Of a stretch of 64,000 nt of DNA, positions 11,601-24,084 are shown in pieces. Within the stretch, counting starts at the first letter, position 1; each line of letters starts with the position of its first letter. A model generated the notes under the pieces. The model saw only the letters and a list, made by a program, of their open reading frames with translations. It made no database searches and was not told the DNA's origin. The stretch is from contig OZ025797.1 of assembly GCA_964019425.1 (NCBI GenBank), positions 1,178,001 to 1,242,000 of the forward strand, given 5' to 3'. A program made the translations under genes and the position numbers. This DNA is from Flectonema sp. DT1601. Its lineage: Eukaryota.

Positions 11601-12188
11601 GAATCTATTCTGGTGACGGATGATAACAAAGAAGATTATGTTTTGTTGCTTCAAAAGTGGCGTCTTTGCACTGGAGTAACTCGACAGGTGGCGAGTCTCA
11701 AGAAGGGAATTTCAAAAGTAATCCCTCCATCACTGATGGCTGACATTAAGAAGATGTTGACACCATCAGAACTAGGACTGCTGCTGAGTGGAATGCAAAC
11801 TATTGAGATACCTGACTGGAAGGCCAACAGCAACTACGTTGGATTCCCAGATGGTGGTGAAACACCTGTCATAAAGTGGTTTTGGGAAGTAATGGAGAAC
11901 TGGAACTCAGAAGGTAACACAGACCGCTTACAGTCGGCTCTACAATTCGCAACCGGATCCCGACGTGTTCCTGTTGGCGGATTCGCCTGTCTGGTTGGTC
12001 ACAACGGAGGTCAGCATCAGTTCACTTTATCTAACGCGAAACACATGTCGGTGACTTCCTTACCCAGAGCGCAGGCGTGCATCTGTACCGTTGACTTACC
12101 CCCGTGGGAATCGAGAGAGGTGGCAGTGGAGAAGTTGACACTCGCTTTTGATAACAGAAATCTCAGATTTGAGGAAGGCTTCAACTAA
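8616..12188 (+). CDS. HECT E3 ubiquitin ligase with N-terminal TPR repeats
   Basis: FEVRFREE...AVVREW, VELTPGGESILVTDDNKEDY, LQFATGSRRVP, LPRAQAC..VDLP (catalytic Cys). TPR-like helices at the N-terminus. Start placed at MTTNRP; upstream ATGs cross poly-A sequence or are less likely. Confidence 0.88.
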   Translation: MTTNRPETAPKLSPGCRSEELTPSATATIRQKLEKATELIQRNACEEAVTLLSKALTDFPNNLNLYLKRCDCWIRRKEYHWAQHDIEQCLLIDVDNAEVYNIQGDIYRGQNRFYDAYHSWAHPSTKNRNDIKQKRDELQCAVTGGSLMSVITTSIDNELLRVLENPKDLDLLSLPDIHKKLDDCANILLVDDVALCNNIVSSLFLTHSYNKACCIMAQVIAWFPQHMPLFNWKKMIDCMGRCLFQDWSIHGRNAKFCANALTVLAADAQDDEIRRYAVKTLLIPMSLWLTDSTPAPIELQDDDFAVSGCSFVLRRHSAISWLEMLFEPMNSFTGDPLGSHYHLIEQELLLFHGNLFMFNQLLHIMHSEKVVSLIIPDIVSHVRGFTDVLALPSNKSILLDTVTTFSFFITCADATPVFSSAVCTGLLTILKTKNVSSTLITSQHASVPLLVVLSRLACSHSPALHLLEHLAMTHPGVVDSIRALAQVLEVPPKDSIKDFTDDTKDSASQEIDETPSTPSSISADSISDSDGPDISWEMVLKVNNDNRETCLLTYCSDHYRLQPVSVTDDDDVFIPLVLTDEIIPHQDKSSVKTDSHKTISNSISGNLQQVHGSENTFEIIGENGKVLLTVQQCGLNKEGTLRTLYYPIIYNNDIKDCVGGHVKLNFVPKNNWVSEEIYAKTAPDGITPRIVKKKSEITRDLAQAWCLREMVSRITGVEDEGLQGLMLRMTVADKRIWLTRQLKRHHQDGDNIAFVECSRNGDQFKELHNQYKNKIGLASSDICSEFEVRFREENSVGSAVVREWMEIVAASYRQSQNLIPHPNNGCYLIASDTLFRNPWWSVDFEMLGRMLGLAFYHQVTLDLPLDPSIWMMVLLPDEYQFPFDSDVDDNTKLHSDFNRLFPDCAKHNIKWLIENSVQLLGIDLTFTDLIPSSVKQDHNAEPVTVSISDILSCSGSTPSDSNDDSSSSSSSSSSTSNSDTTSGPAPISVELTPGGESILVTDDNKEDYVLLLQKWRLCTGVTRQVASLKKGISKVIPPSLMADIKKMLTPSELGLLLSGMQTIEIPDWKANSNYVGFPDGGETPVIKWFWEVMENWNSEGNTDRLQSALQFATGSRRVPVGGFACLVGHNGGQHQFTLSNAKHMSVTSLPRAQACICTVDLPPWESREVAVEKLTLAFDNRNLRFEEGFN

Positions 12189-12914
12189 GAAACCATATTG
12201 AAATGTGAAGGATTCCTTATCCTGATGGCTACCTGTTTATATTATTAAGAACTTTCTTATTGTAGTTGGAGAGCTGGTGTTACAGTCTTATTTAATTTAT
12301 CTGTTTACTAACTCCTTCATTGTTCTGATAAAATGGTCGAACGTTGAAAAGTTGAATTCGTCACCTTCTCAATAGTCAGCACGAACTGGATGTTATTTTT
12401 GATGTTACGATTTTAGTTGCCGATTTCATTTTTTTTTTTTTTCGATTACTCTTTTGCGCATCTTTTCTTATTTCCCCCGTTCAATTTCTTTGTTTACAAC
12501 AAAGTGCGCCAAGAACAGCTGACCTACAGGATGCCTACTCGTTGTTTTTGTGTAGACGTTGGTTGCATTTTCGTATTTGTTTTTTGCGGTTAGTTTTTTT
12601 TTTAAAAATTTATTTTTCATTGTTTTTTTTTTGTTATTCCAGAAAGAGATAACAAACTTTTTCCTCATTTAGCCATTTCTATAACAATGATAAACAAAAG
12701 AGTCCAAAGAAAAAAATTGTTCTTTTCTGAGTGTTTGTATTCTCAGAGAACAATAAAGTGGATTTATCTATTCAAAAGACTTCTTCACAATACAAGTATT
12801 AATTTACTGCCTTGGGTTGTTTACCTCAAGTGAGATCAAAAAGTGATCTCCACTTCGATATCCTCACAGTGATGTTACTAATTCTTATTATTATTTTACA
12901 GCACTTAATAAAAT

Positions 12915-15900
12915 ATGAGTGACTCGCTGGAAAATTTATGTGAGAAATTATCCAGTTGGGGATTCACACGTAGTAAGTCTGAAATAACAGATGTCGATCC
13001 TGAACAAGAGGAGTACCTTCAGTCGTTATACACTCTTCAATGTGTTGTAGCAGAAGTTATGTATAAAACGATAAACATGTTGTGGAATGAAGTAACCCCA
13101 GACCATATTCAAGACACTAAAGATGTAGTGATGCAGTATGAAACTGACATATTAAAGATTCAATCTTTGGTGAAAAACTTTCAATCGACTGCTGACATGG
13201 CGAAGAAGGTAACTTTATTTTCACAACAATTAGAGTTGGTAGAATTAGCTTATGAATCGCACATGTTACCTGAGCATTGGATATCATTCTTTAGTGAGTC
13301 TGATTACAATGGCGCGAATGACATTATTGAGAATTTGAAATCTACTCAATCAGAAACTTCTCCAGTGATTTCTTTTATAATAAAAGATTTTTTTGCATCT
13401 CTGACGACAACATACGTCATAGATCATCTTAGAAGTACTGTAATGAAATCACGTAGAGAAGAAGAATTATTATTTCAATTAACTGACTTTAGGAACAGAT
13501 TCACGTCAGTTTTATTACCAATTGACACCTCTTCTGGTAACTTAGTATTGTTGAATGCGAGTCAATTTATTACAATAATGCTTGAATTGCGAACATCTTT
13601 GTTGCTGATTGCTCCTTTATCAGAGTCAGACAGTGATAGAATTCAGAGTGAGAATATTGAAATCGGTGAAGCGATTACTCGAGTTAGGTCTCTTATTGTG
13701 ATTTGGATAGAACTTACAATGAACTTGACGACTATGGAATCGGTGTTGAATAATCCTTCGGTAAGAGAGAGAATGGCTGATGAATCGAATAACGTAATCG
13801 AATCAAAAAATAAATTAAAATCCATTAAGAAACTAATAATATCAATACAAGATGGATGTAATGAAAAAAATATTACAATCTCAAGTCTACACAAAAACCC
13901 ATCTGACTACGCGTGTATTGAAAGATGTGTTGATGAAGCAACTGAATTAGTAAGACAGGCGAAAAATGATTTATCAGAATGTGTCGTCGATCTTTGTCAT
14001 TCTTTTCCAAAATTAAATTGGCTCGAAGAAGACATGTTATTAAATGTAATCGCTGTGAAGAGTATCCCTGATGAGATTAATAAAATATTACCCTTGATTT
14101 ATGATTCAATAACTTCACTTATCATCAAGTCAACCACCGATAATGATCTACTTCACATCACTGGAGTGACAACAGCAGCAGAGGAGGTGTTAAAGTTTCC
14201 TGAAGAGCTGATTGTAAATATTAGTGAAGATAGTTACTTCTCTGAATGGATAGTTCAACTACAACAGTCTATCGACATGTCTATCTCATCACTTACTGTT
14301 AAAATGATATCACTTTCTGAAGGGTTACGAGTTGGTAGAAATCAACTCACTGATCGCTATCTAGAATCATTACCTGGTCACTTCTGTACTCTTGGAGTAC
14401 ATCTAACCTGGACTGGTATGGTTGAAGCTTCACTTGGTGTTCCTAGTCACTCTAGAGGAGAATCAACATTATGTAGAGACAAGGTTAAGTATTCTAAACC
14501 TGGTCTTTCTTCTTCAGTTCGTCCAAGTTCTGCAGCATGTCCAGTAACTAGTACTCGACCTATGTCAGCAAAGTATGCCACAGCAACTCGTCGTCCTCAA
14601 ACTGCTGAACTTCGACTTAAGAATTTAACGACCCCCCTGGCAGCTGATAGTTCAATTATTAGACCTGGTTCAGCTGGTTATAAAGCAGCTAAACATCCCA
14701 CAGCAAAGGCTGATGAGACCCGTGCTGCTCGTCCTCCCCGTCGAAGATCCTCAGCACGTAAGAAAGGCGAGGAAGCTGCTGACAGACCCGGCACGAGCCA
14801 AAAACGCCGCTCTATTATGCGTAAACCTGATTCCAGACCTGGGTCTTCTGCTCTAGGTCTCCGTGGAACTGCTGTAACTCATACCAACGTTGAGTCATTT
14901 GGTTTGGGCAGGGCATTTCAAGAGGATTTTGACAGGTCTTTGTCACCTCCAGTTCGAGTTCCAAGGGAGCCCTCTCCTCCACCGGTTACGGTTCCAGTTC
15001 CTGTGGGGGCAGGTTTTGATGTTGGCAGATGTCGTTGGGTAACATCACCAGGACTGAGTCATGCCTGTCAGAAGTTGAGAAGCATGCTGGGTAATCTGGT
15101 AGACATGAGTTTGGGAAATATTCCTCGAAGGAAGAGGATAAAGATTGAAGGGTTGATAAACTTATTAAAATATCTGACAGACGCTGCTGAAGATGATTCA
15201 ATAAAGAAAACAGAATCACTCACAGACTTTGATTGGCAAAGACTACCAAGAATATATGCTCCTCGATCCCACACTGAAAATCATAGACCAGAAGTACTTT
15301 CACTTGACGAGGGTAACCACATGGTTTCTGTGAAGGGAGGTACACCTGTTGTCACTGGACATGTTTTTAAAATGGGAAGCCTCTCTCTTCCATCGGGAAT
15401 GGAATTCCACGCATCTCACACTACTCCTGTAATAGTAACTCCTCAAACAGTAAAGTATTGGCTTCACTTAGTCCAAGCCATCGCTCTTCACTACAGTGGA
15501 ATAATATCTTCAGGGACCAGAGGGATTGCTGTTCAGGCGATAAAAGATTTAAGTTCAATGGCTGGAAGGTTTGTTGTGGTATTGGAAGGTAACTCTGAAG
15601 TAACATCATCTCAGCTGTCATCATTTTTTATTGGATTAGTTGAAACTGGTAGTTGGGGAATAGTTGATGGCGTTAATAAGATACCATCAGAACTGATGTC
15701 TAATTTAAACATTTTAACTGAGCGGCTTCACAGCAGCTCCTGCAGACCTGCAATTGCTATGGGTGGTGGGCTCAGACAGGGAGTACCAGGAGCGGCGATA
15801 TTCGGCCTCTTATCACCTTCTTCAACAAATCATGTACCAGCTTTACCATCAGACCTCCAGGCTCAGTACAGAGTGTTGTCGCTGCCTATTCCTAACTACT

Positions 15901-18900
15901 CAATTATATGTTCTACTCTGTTGACGATCGCTGGTTTTGATCAAGACACGATCTCATTATTAAGTAGACGATTAGAGTCATTTATTCAATTATTAAATAA
16001 TTCTTTTGATGATAAATATAATTTTGGAATTCACACCCTTCGAACGATATCAAGAAGAGCATCAGAGTTGTTAAGAAAACAGTGTAGTTCTCGTGAAAGG
16101 AGACATGTTCTTCAAGACTTGTTGTTGTTAAGATCATGTAGAGAAGTTGTAACGTGTCAGTTAGAAATTAAAGATCATGCGTCACTACTCACAATATTGT
16201 CTGATATATTTCCTGGTCAAAAAACTTGTTGTAGACACCTCTTGGTGACTGAAGCACTTCGTACGTCGTTATCAACTCACGGGATAACATCATCACCTGG
16301 GTCTGCTTGGGAGAATAAAGTCAGCTTGTTATATGAGACATACGTCTCAGCTTCAAACATTCTTCTCTTAGGGAATGGTTATACAGGTAAGACAACAGCT
16401 AGAAAGGTTCTCTTTGAAGTATTAAATATCGTCACGTGTTGTAAACAAACTGAAGTAGTGTTGTATCCGAATTCACATCCAGCAGGTGACTACTTTGGAA
16501 GAATTGGTCAAAATATGATTTGGGAAGAAGGAATATTCTCAAGAGAGTTGAGACACATATCAGATAGTAGTAATCCCACTTGGATCGTTCTCGATGGTAA
16601 ATTAAACTTTTTGAATGAGATAAAGAGTCTTGTTGATGCTGTTCCTCAAATCAACAAACCTCATCAAAGTAGAGTTCGACTCGGATCGAATTGTAAAATA
16701 GTTCTCGAAACAGATGTGATTCCTTCATCAGCAACAGTTGATGTTTTAACAGAATTCACAACTCACTTCTTCGATGATGATATTGTTGAGTGGAAGAATC
16801 TTTTGCTTACAAAGCTTTCGTCGATCTCAAATACTGCTGAGCATCCTCAGCTGTCGTGTTTTTATAATCTTTGTGAACAACATCTTCCTTCGATATTATC
16901 TCATGAAGTAGTAATGATGACGGATATTCATGTAGTCTCAACATTACATGCTGTGGGTAGTTTGTTCTCTTGTGCAAAGGCAATCTTTTGTAACTCTCGA
17001 ATGCTGTCGAATGACAGTCGTGCAAACCAAACAACTATCTCACCAGGAACTCATAGTGTCTTTTGGTGGTGTGTAGCTCATGTGTTGGTAGCTGGAGCAA
17101 CAGACTCAGCCAGATCAGTTTTTGAAAGACAAGTAATAGAGCCTCAGATAACAGCAGCAGGGTTATCACTTCCAAGTGGAGTGACTTCAATATTTGATGT
17201 TGTTCTGGATGATAAAAGTTGTACTTTCTCAATACCTCAGCCGCTGACTTCATTAAAGTATTCAAGTCTCGCTTCTTCAGGTGTTCCTCCTTCACTTGCA
17301 GCCTTTGAGATTGTGACTGCTATCAGTCCTGGAGCATCATGGTTGACACAATTACTTATTCAAACACCTCACAGTGTTGTTGTTCACAGTGATAATTTAG
17401 TCACAGGTAAAACTGTTTTGTCTAAATGTGTACTTCAGTCTTTAGGGAAATCATATTTAACCGTCAGATTCGGACACTCTAATTCACCAGACAGAAATCT
17501 GATTGTGTCGTATACAGGAGCGGTACTAATTGATGATGTGAGTTTAGAACCTGAGTCAACATTTCCGAATCCATTCTATGAAATGATTAACAACAATGAG
17601 TCTCTCAGATATATTGCGACGGTTCGTAGGAACGCTTCGAATTCGTCTTACGATCGAAGGTTTTTATCGAAATTCGTTCAAGTTCACTGCAATCCATCGT
17701 ACTCTTCTACTACTGACTCGTATTGTAAATTATTACGAGCGTATTTAAAAGGTCAGGGAGATCTACCAGACTTCCTTCCAAGTATGACTGTCTCAGTTAT
17801 GAAACGTTTACGAGTCGTTGAGGAACCGACTTGTGCTGTGGTGTGTCTTCCGACCTTTGTGAAGATTATGACATTTGTTTCGAATTGCATTTCAAATGCG
17901 ACTCCAAGATGTCTGATGTCGTTGTGGAAAAGTGAAATAGCTCTTCAGCTGAACACAACTAATGAAAATGTTTCTAATGCTTGTACTGAAGTATTGAGAT
18001 CTGTAGTTCCTACTCAGACGATGACCCCTGATGAACATTGGGTTTATGCGAAACCTGGAGTAGAGTCCAGTCAAAATGTTGTTGTTGACATTGAGGGTGA
18101 TGGCTACACCGAAAAGTGTAAACAATTACTTTCAAAAATCCACAAAACTGAATACATACTTTATCCATCATTAATGAGAACAATCTGCTTAGTAAGTAGA
18201 ATCATATCAGTAGTTAACTCACACGCACTAGTCATTGGGATTCCTGGTTCTGGTAGAGGGATGTCGATAAAGGTCGCTGCAGCTGTTTCAGACATTCAAT
18301 CCGCTGAGGTGTTTATTGACCAATCATCAATATCGATACCGATTAATATTATTAATAAAGTTTCTGAATGTCATCATTGTTGTCTCATAGTGAGGGTTAC
18401 TTCTGAGTCGAAGTTTAACAATCGAGTATCTCGTCAATTGTCAGAAATTTGTTCGGGTAATGTCTCTGTTACGGAAGATCAAAAAGAAAATCTCATAGCT
18501 TCTCACCACGATGCGATTATTTCGAATATTTCGTCGATATTTCCGGAGCTCACTTCCGCTACTGAGAAGTGGCAGGTAATTCAAAAAGCAATCTCTCTTT
18601 ATCTTCACGTTTTTGTAGTAACTGAGAAAGATTCCCCGACAATATCTGATTTTTGCAGTAGAGAAAACTGTTCTAAATTTTCAACAAGTTCGAACCTGAC
18701 TGAGAGCGATTTTAGATCGATATCAGCTATTAAAGGTATTGATGCAAGTAATCAAAATGCGGTAACAAAATTGTTACATGATACGCATAAGTGGGTGGAG
18801 GAGAAGATGAGTATTCCACTACCCCCTTCATATGCACCTCGGGCTATAACTAGTGTGATGGGGATAGCGTCGTCGAGAGAGATTACTTTGAAAAAACAGA

Positions 18901-21900
18901 TTGGAATGATGCAAGGCTCTCAAAGAGATCTTTTATCAGTCAGCCACTCGTTATCAACATCCACTGGTGTACCACCAAAACCTATTTCATGTGATGCGAG
19001 TCATAGTGTGTATTTTACAGCTCAAGTTACTGATTCACTTTTAATAAAAGTTGTACTCGACATTATTGATAATGATCCATCACTAATAAGAAATCCTGGA
19101 GTCTGTATCCTCAACACATCTAATAATGAACCAATCGTTAACTTCTTCGTTCAAGGTGAGATTGACTACAACAACAGTCCTATCGAAGAGAGGAATGGAG
19201 GACCTCCGACATCATCACGTCTGTCGATAACAGGAAGTAGTATTAGTCTTGAGGATTGTATTCTAACAAAGACAATAGTTGATAATGTTATTATTTGGAG
19301 AATAGTAGGAGTGTTGAAGACTACCGGAAATAATGATGTTCCCTTCACACTCAGTCAATCAACACCAGTCGATGAATCTTCTTCATGGCTACGAGGACAG
19401 ATGAAAGGTGGAGCAAGAGTCGAACCAACTGAGATTCAGAATTCAGTCCAAGTTGAGAATTTAGATTCCATCACAAGACATGTTCATGAGATTCTTGAAA
19501 CTGAGAGATCCAGAATATCAGATCGACTCGCCTATCTCTCTCCAGATACTTTAATTAGTGATGCTGTTGTCGCTGGTATCTTTATGACATATTCACCTGG
19601 TTTACTTTGTGATCATCGTATTGGATTATTTAATTTTATTATCGATTCTTGTAAACCAGACTCTCTAAATCTAAAAATTGGTAAATCATTAACTCCAAAA
19701 GGACTTTATGCAGTTTATCAGTCGTGTGATGATACAGAAGTTTATTGTCAGCTGTCATCTGCTGTCAGAAGTAAACTGCCACCAGGATTCGCATGGGAGA
19801 GTTTGTGTGTCGCAGCGTTGTCTTCAGGACTGATCAGAAATGGTAATCAGATTATTAAAAAAGAATTCAGAATACCCTTTGTGATCGATCCACACAATGT
19901 CTTCCTTCCATGGCTTGCGGTTTCTGAAGAAACTTTACGTGCGGGAAACACATCTGATTTGTTGTGTATTCACGCTGACGATCCGACTATTGACACGGCT
20001 TTTATTGATTCTATTAAACAAGGAAAGACTTTAATTATTGAAAATATTGATTTGGAATCCCACGTTGAAAAGATAACGCACCTCTCTTCCATTCGTTTTG
20101 ATAGTGCTGCGGGTATGATTTATTATTATTATTTATTATTAATGTAAATTAGAAAACAATAACACAACATAAAACAGTTCAATGCCATTGTAGTCTTCCT
20201 GGTTTTCCGCAAGCGATGTCTTATTCGGAAGATTTTCGAATGATATTAGTCAGCAGTTCTGAGTCTGTGAGTGACAATGATATTTTAATTACTGAAATAC
20301 ATGCTCGTTGTTCAGTTCTAAATGCTACCCTTGGAAGTGAAGGTGTAGCAGACGCAATTCAAAATTCGATGGTTCACAATGATCAAGGCTTGTCTGGAAT
20401 GCTTGAAAAAGTATCAAAAGAATCAGACGTTAGTTATAAGAAATTATTAGTAAACGAAACACCGCCTGATGATGATAATAATTCAGTTCTGTTGTACGGA
20501 GACCCGTCATCGTTGCTTGAGAGACTTTATGGTCAAGAATTACAATCTTGTTATCAAAGAATGTCTTTGTGTCAGTCTGATTTTGAAAAGTGTTATTCGA
20601 AAGTTCGTAACATCGAACAGCAGATCAACTCATCGATGGAGCAATTCGTTGCGATTGTTCCAAAACTGATGGCTGTTTATGAAGCATCTTGTGATGCAGC
20701 AGTTGTTTATAAATCCCCCACAATGAAATTAAGAGTCAACAGAATACTAAAATTAGTAGCACGTCAACAAAACGGACCACGTTCACCAGGTGATAAAGGG
20801 AAACAAGAATTAGTTGAATCCATAATATCGAGTATTACTTTCGCAGCTTTTTCAAGTACTGATGCTGATTACAGGATGTTGTTAGCTACCTTAATGGCAG
20901 TGAACAGTGAACGTCTTTCGTCTGAGATAAGCCCTTGTGACATTCAAAAATTCATCACAGCAGACAGAGGTAATAACATACATGATCATTTGCTTCAGGA
21001 GGAAAACATTAAATCAAAAATTGAAAGTCAATATAAAAACGCTCTATCGGAATATAACAAAAAACAAGCATCAGCTCAAAAAGAGAACAACGAACAACAA
21101 GATGGGGCAAGACCGACGTCGGGTAAACAAAAGCAAGGCGTCAAATCTGTTAAGAAAACAGCTGCGGCAGAGATTCCGATTCCTGTGAAGCAACCATTTC
21201 CAAATAGTGTGAAGCCTGACTATAAATGGTTAGACCATAGTAGATGGGTTGAGGTACTACGAATTGCAAGTGAAATCCCAATATTTTCTAAGATACCTGA
21301 GTTTATATGTCCTGAAGTAGTACAAGGAGGAGGAAAACAACATCGAGACCAATCTAAAGCCCCTCGAACTCAAGCTGCCACCAGAGATCTCCGTTGGCAG
21401 GAATGGTTTGACGGACTTGGAAAGCTTCCCGACATGGAAAAGATCACAACTTCGAAGTTTGATAAACTTCTTCTCAACCTCGCAGTGAGACCTGACAAGT
21501 CAATGAATACAATAAGAAAATATATCATCGATATAAATAAGAACTTTGATCCATATGCTCTCACATCACCACTAAGTCCAGATATAATAACTTCTTCATC
21601 TCATGATACTGCGATCACATTTATATTAGGAAGTGGTGATTCTAATTGTGAGTGTCTTCAGTTAGCGAAGTCTATTGCACTCACTACGAAATCATCTCTT
21701 CCAGATGCTTCTTGTATATCAATGCAACATGGATCTGAAGAAGGATCTCTGCAAGCAGTCAGACAAGGTCTTATCACTGGGTCATGGGTATACATAGCAA
21801 ACGTTCACTGTACTGATAAACATTTTCACCGAGACTTGGTTGTCTGCATGAGAGAATGTACAACTCCGAATTCAAACTTCAGACTTTTCCTAACATACAG

Positions 21901-23371
21901 AGACACCCAACGAGAACCACCTCAGGTAGTTGCAGAATCTGTTTTGGTAGCTGTCGGTGGTGCTAGAGGAGTTAAAAACTCAATGTCCAGCATCTACAAA
22001 AATATTGAAAGCCAAAGTTTAGCATCCTGGAGTGCTTCAGAATGGCAAAGATTATTATTTTGTGTTTTATTGGTCGTCGTGTTAGTTGGTGAACGAGATT
22101 CACTAGTTAACGGGATGGGAAAAAGTGTCGGAACTCATCAAAGCTTAGCTGCTGCAGCTTCAGCTGTGTCTGCCCTAAAGCAACAATACTCCTCACAAAG
22201 ATTATCATATAAACATAAAGACTCTCGTATTTCAGAAGCTTGTTGGGGATCACTCCGACATAGTCTTACAGAAGCTATGTCTATGAGTTGTCAAACATCA
22301 TCATCACGACTTAGCGTGAAGGCCTTTATTGATTGGTGGATTCATCCAGAAATTACAAGCAGACCAGGAATGATTATTTGTAAAGGATTTCAAATCCCTC
22401 TCAGTGATCTGTCATCTCACTTACAAGCGATCGATTTAATGCCTTCGACTGACACTACTGAACTTCTTGGTCTTCATCCGAGTTCGGAAACCATCGCACA
22501 GAGATGTTTATTAGAAGGTTTACGTTCTAGTATGAGTCAAATATTCTTTCCTTTAAATAATAAATTAACTCCTGATGTCTTATCTTATCGAGATGGTAAA
22601 ATAAAACAATTCTTAAGTAAGCTTCCAGGACCTTTTACAAGACAAGAGATGTCATCATTTTGTGAAAGTGGTAGTTCTCCTTATAGTGAGTTCTTCGCAT
22701 CTGAACTTCGGAAGCTAAATAGTTTATTAATCCAAATTAGTGAAAGTGTTAGTGGTGAAATATCAAAACAAGAAATCAACAATCAAATATCCAACGGGAC
22801 AGTTCCAACATCATGGCCACATTGGTTTGACACAACCAACACTGGATCGTGGTTGTCGTGTCTATTAGCTGCAAAGAAACAAATTTACGTTTTTTGTAAA
22901 AATCCGAAATTAGCAACTCAACGACCAATTGAAATAGGACTCTTTAAAGACCCAATGAATTTAATTATTGCTCATAGACGTGCGGTGTGTAGAAAATTAA
23001 AATGGGGATATGCATCTGTTGAGTGTCAGGCACTACTTCTAAATGACAGTGAGGATTGTGTTGTGCCGTCTTTAGTTTTATCTCGTCTAAAGAGTGTTGG
23101 ATTCATGTGGAATAGTGAGAGTCAATTAGTGACGGATATCCCGAGTAGTAATTGGTGGCATTCTTATATTAAGAAGTTTCCTTCACTTCGGATCATTGTG
23201 ACTCCAACGACTATTTCACGACAACCAACTGGAATACCTGTTCCACTGTTTTGTCGAGCTTCTGATCAAGAACCACTACTGTCAGTCATCTTACCATCAG
23301 AACAGACAGAACCAAATCATTGGGTTCTACGAGATGCAAAGATCCTTTGTGGACATCCTGAAAGGGTGTGA
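12915..23371 (+). CDS. Highly divergent dynein heavy chain-like protein, ~3460 aa, two exons (intron 20113-20177)
   Basis: FPKLNWL, DFDWQRLPR, VIVTPQT, GLVETGSWG, KYNFGIHTLR, GNGYTGKT, WIVLDG, PFVIDP, GSWVYIANVH, NFRLFLT. The 65-nt GTATG...AACAG intron joins ORFs 12915 and 20216 in frame. Confidence 0.88.
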
Positions 23372-24084
23372 GAATGACTTCTTTTTATAAAAATCTATTT
23401 TAAAGTTTAACTGGTCTTTTCGGTAATCCTGATAGCCCATCGCTTCCGTTACACAAATGCAAGAAAAATAAAAAAATAAAAAAATAGAATAAAAAATATT
23501 TATCGTTGCATTTCCCTTATTCCTTCTTTACTGAGAAAGACTTACTGAAGGGAAGATTTAAAAAAAAAAAAAACAGTTGTTGTAAAACATGTTAAGATCG
23601 AGTGTGTCTCTCTCCGTCTACATCGGAGTTAAAAAGTGTCCATTCGGTGAGGACACTGACAGGTTTTTTCTTTACCATCCTTACAGACCATCAGTTCTTG
23701 CAACGGGTGCTTTCAACTTGTTTAAACTGAAAAAATATTATATTTCTATTCCCCTATTAACTGTTGTTATTTTTTTTTACCTGTTTTTCCCCGTCTTTAA
23801 TTTTTTTCAATTCTCACACACAACACACTCTCTTTCCAACCGCAAACCCGCTTCTTGTCTCAGTAAATAACAAACATACCTCGAATCGAAAACAAAATAA
23901 CAGAAAATAAAATAAAAATTTATTTTTTAAAAAAAATTATAAAAATTCGAATGTTTTTTCTTATTTTGTTTTATTCACTACCAGAAATCAAGCATAATGT
24001 AGTTGGGTAAGGGGACATCAAACTGGATTGTAAAATATTGGTTATTTTTTATATATTTTTGACAGGTCCTTCTCCTCCCCTAAA

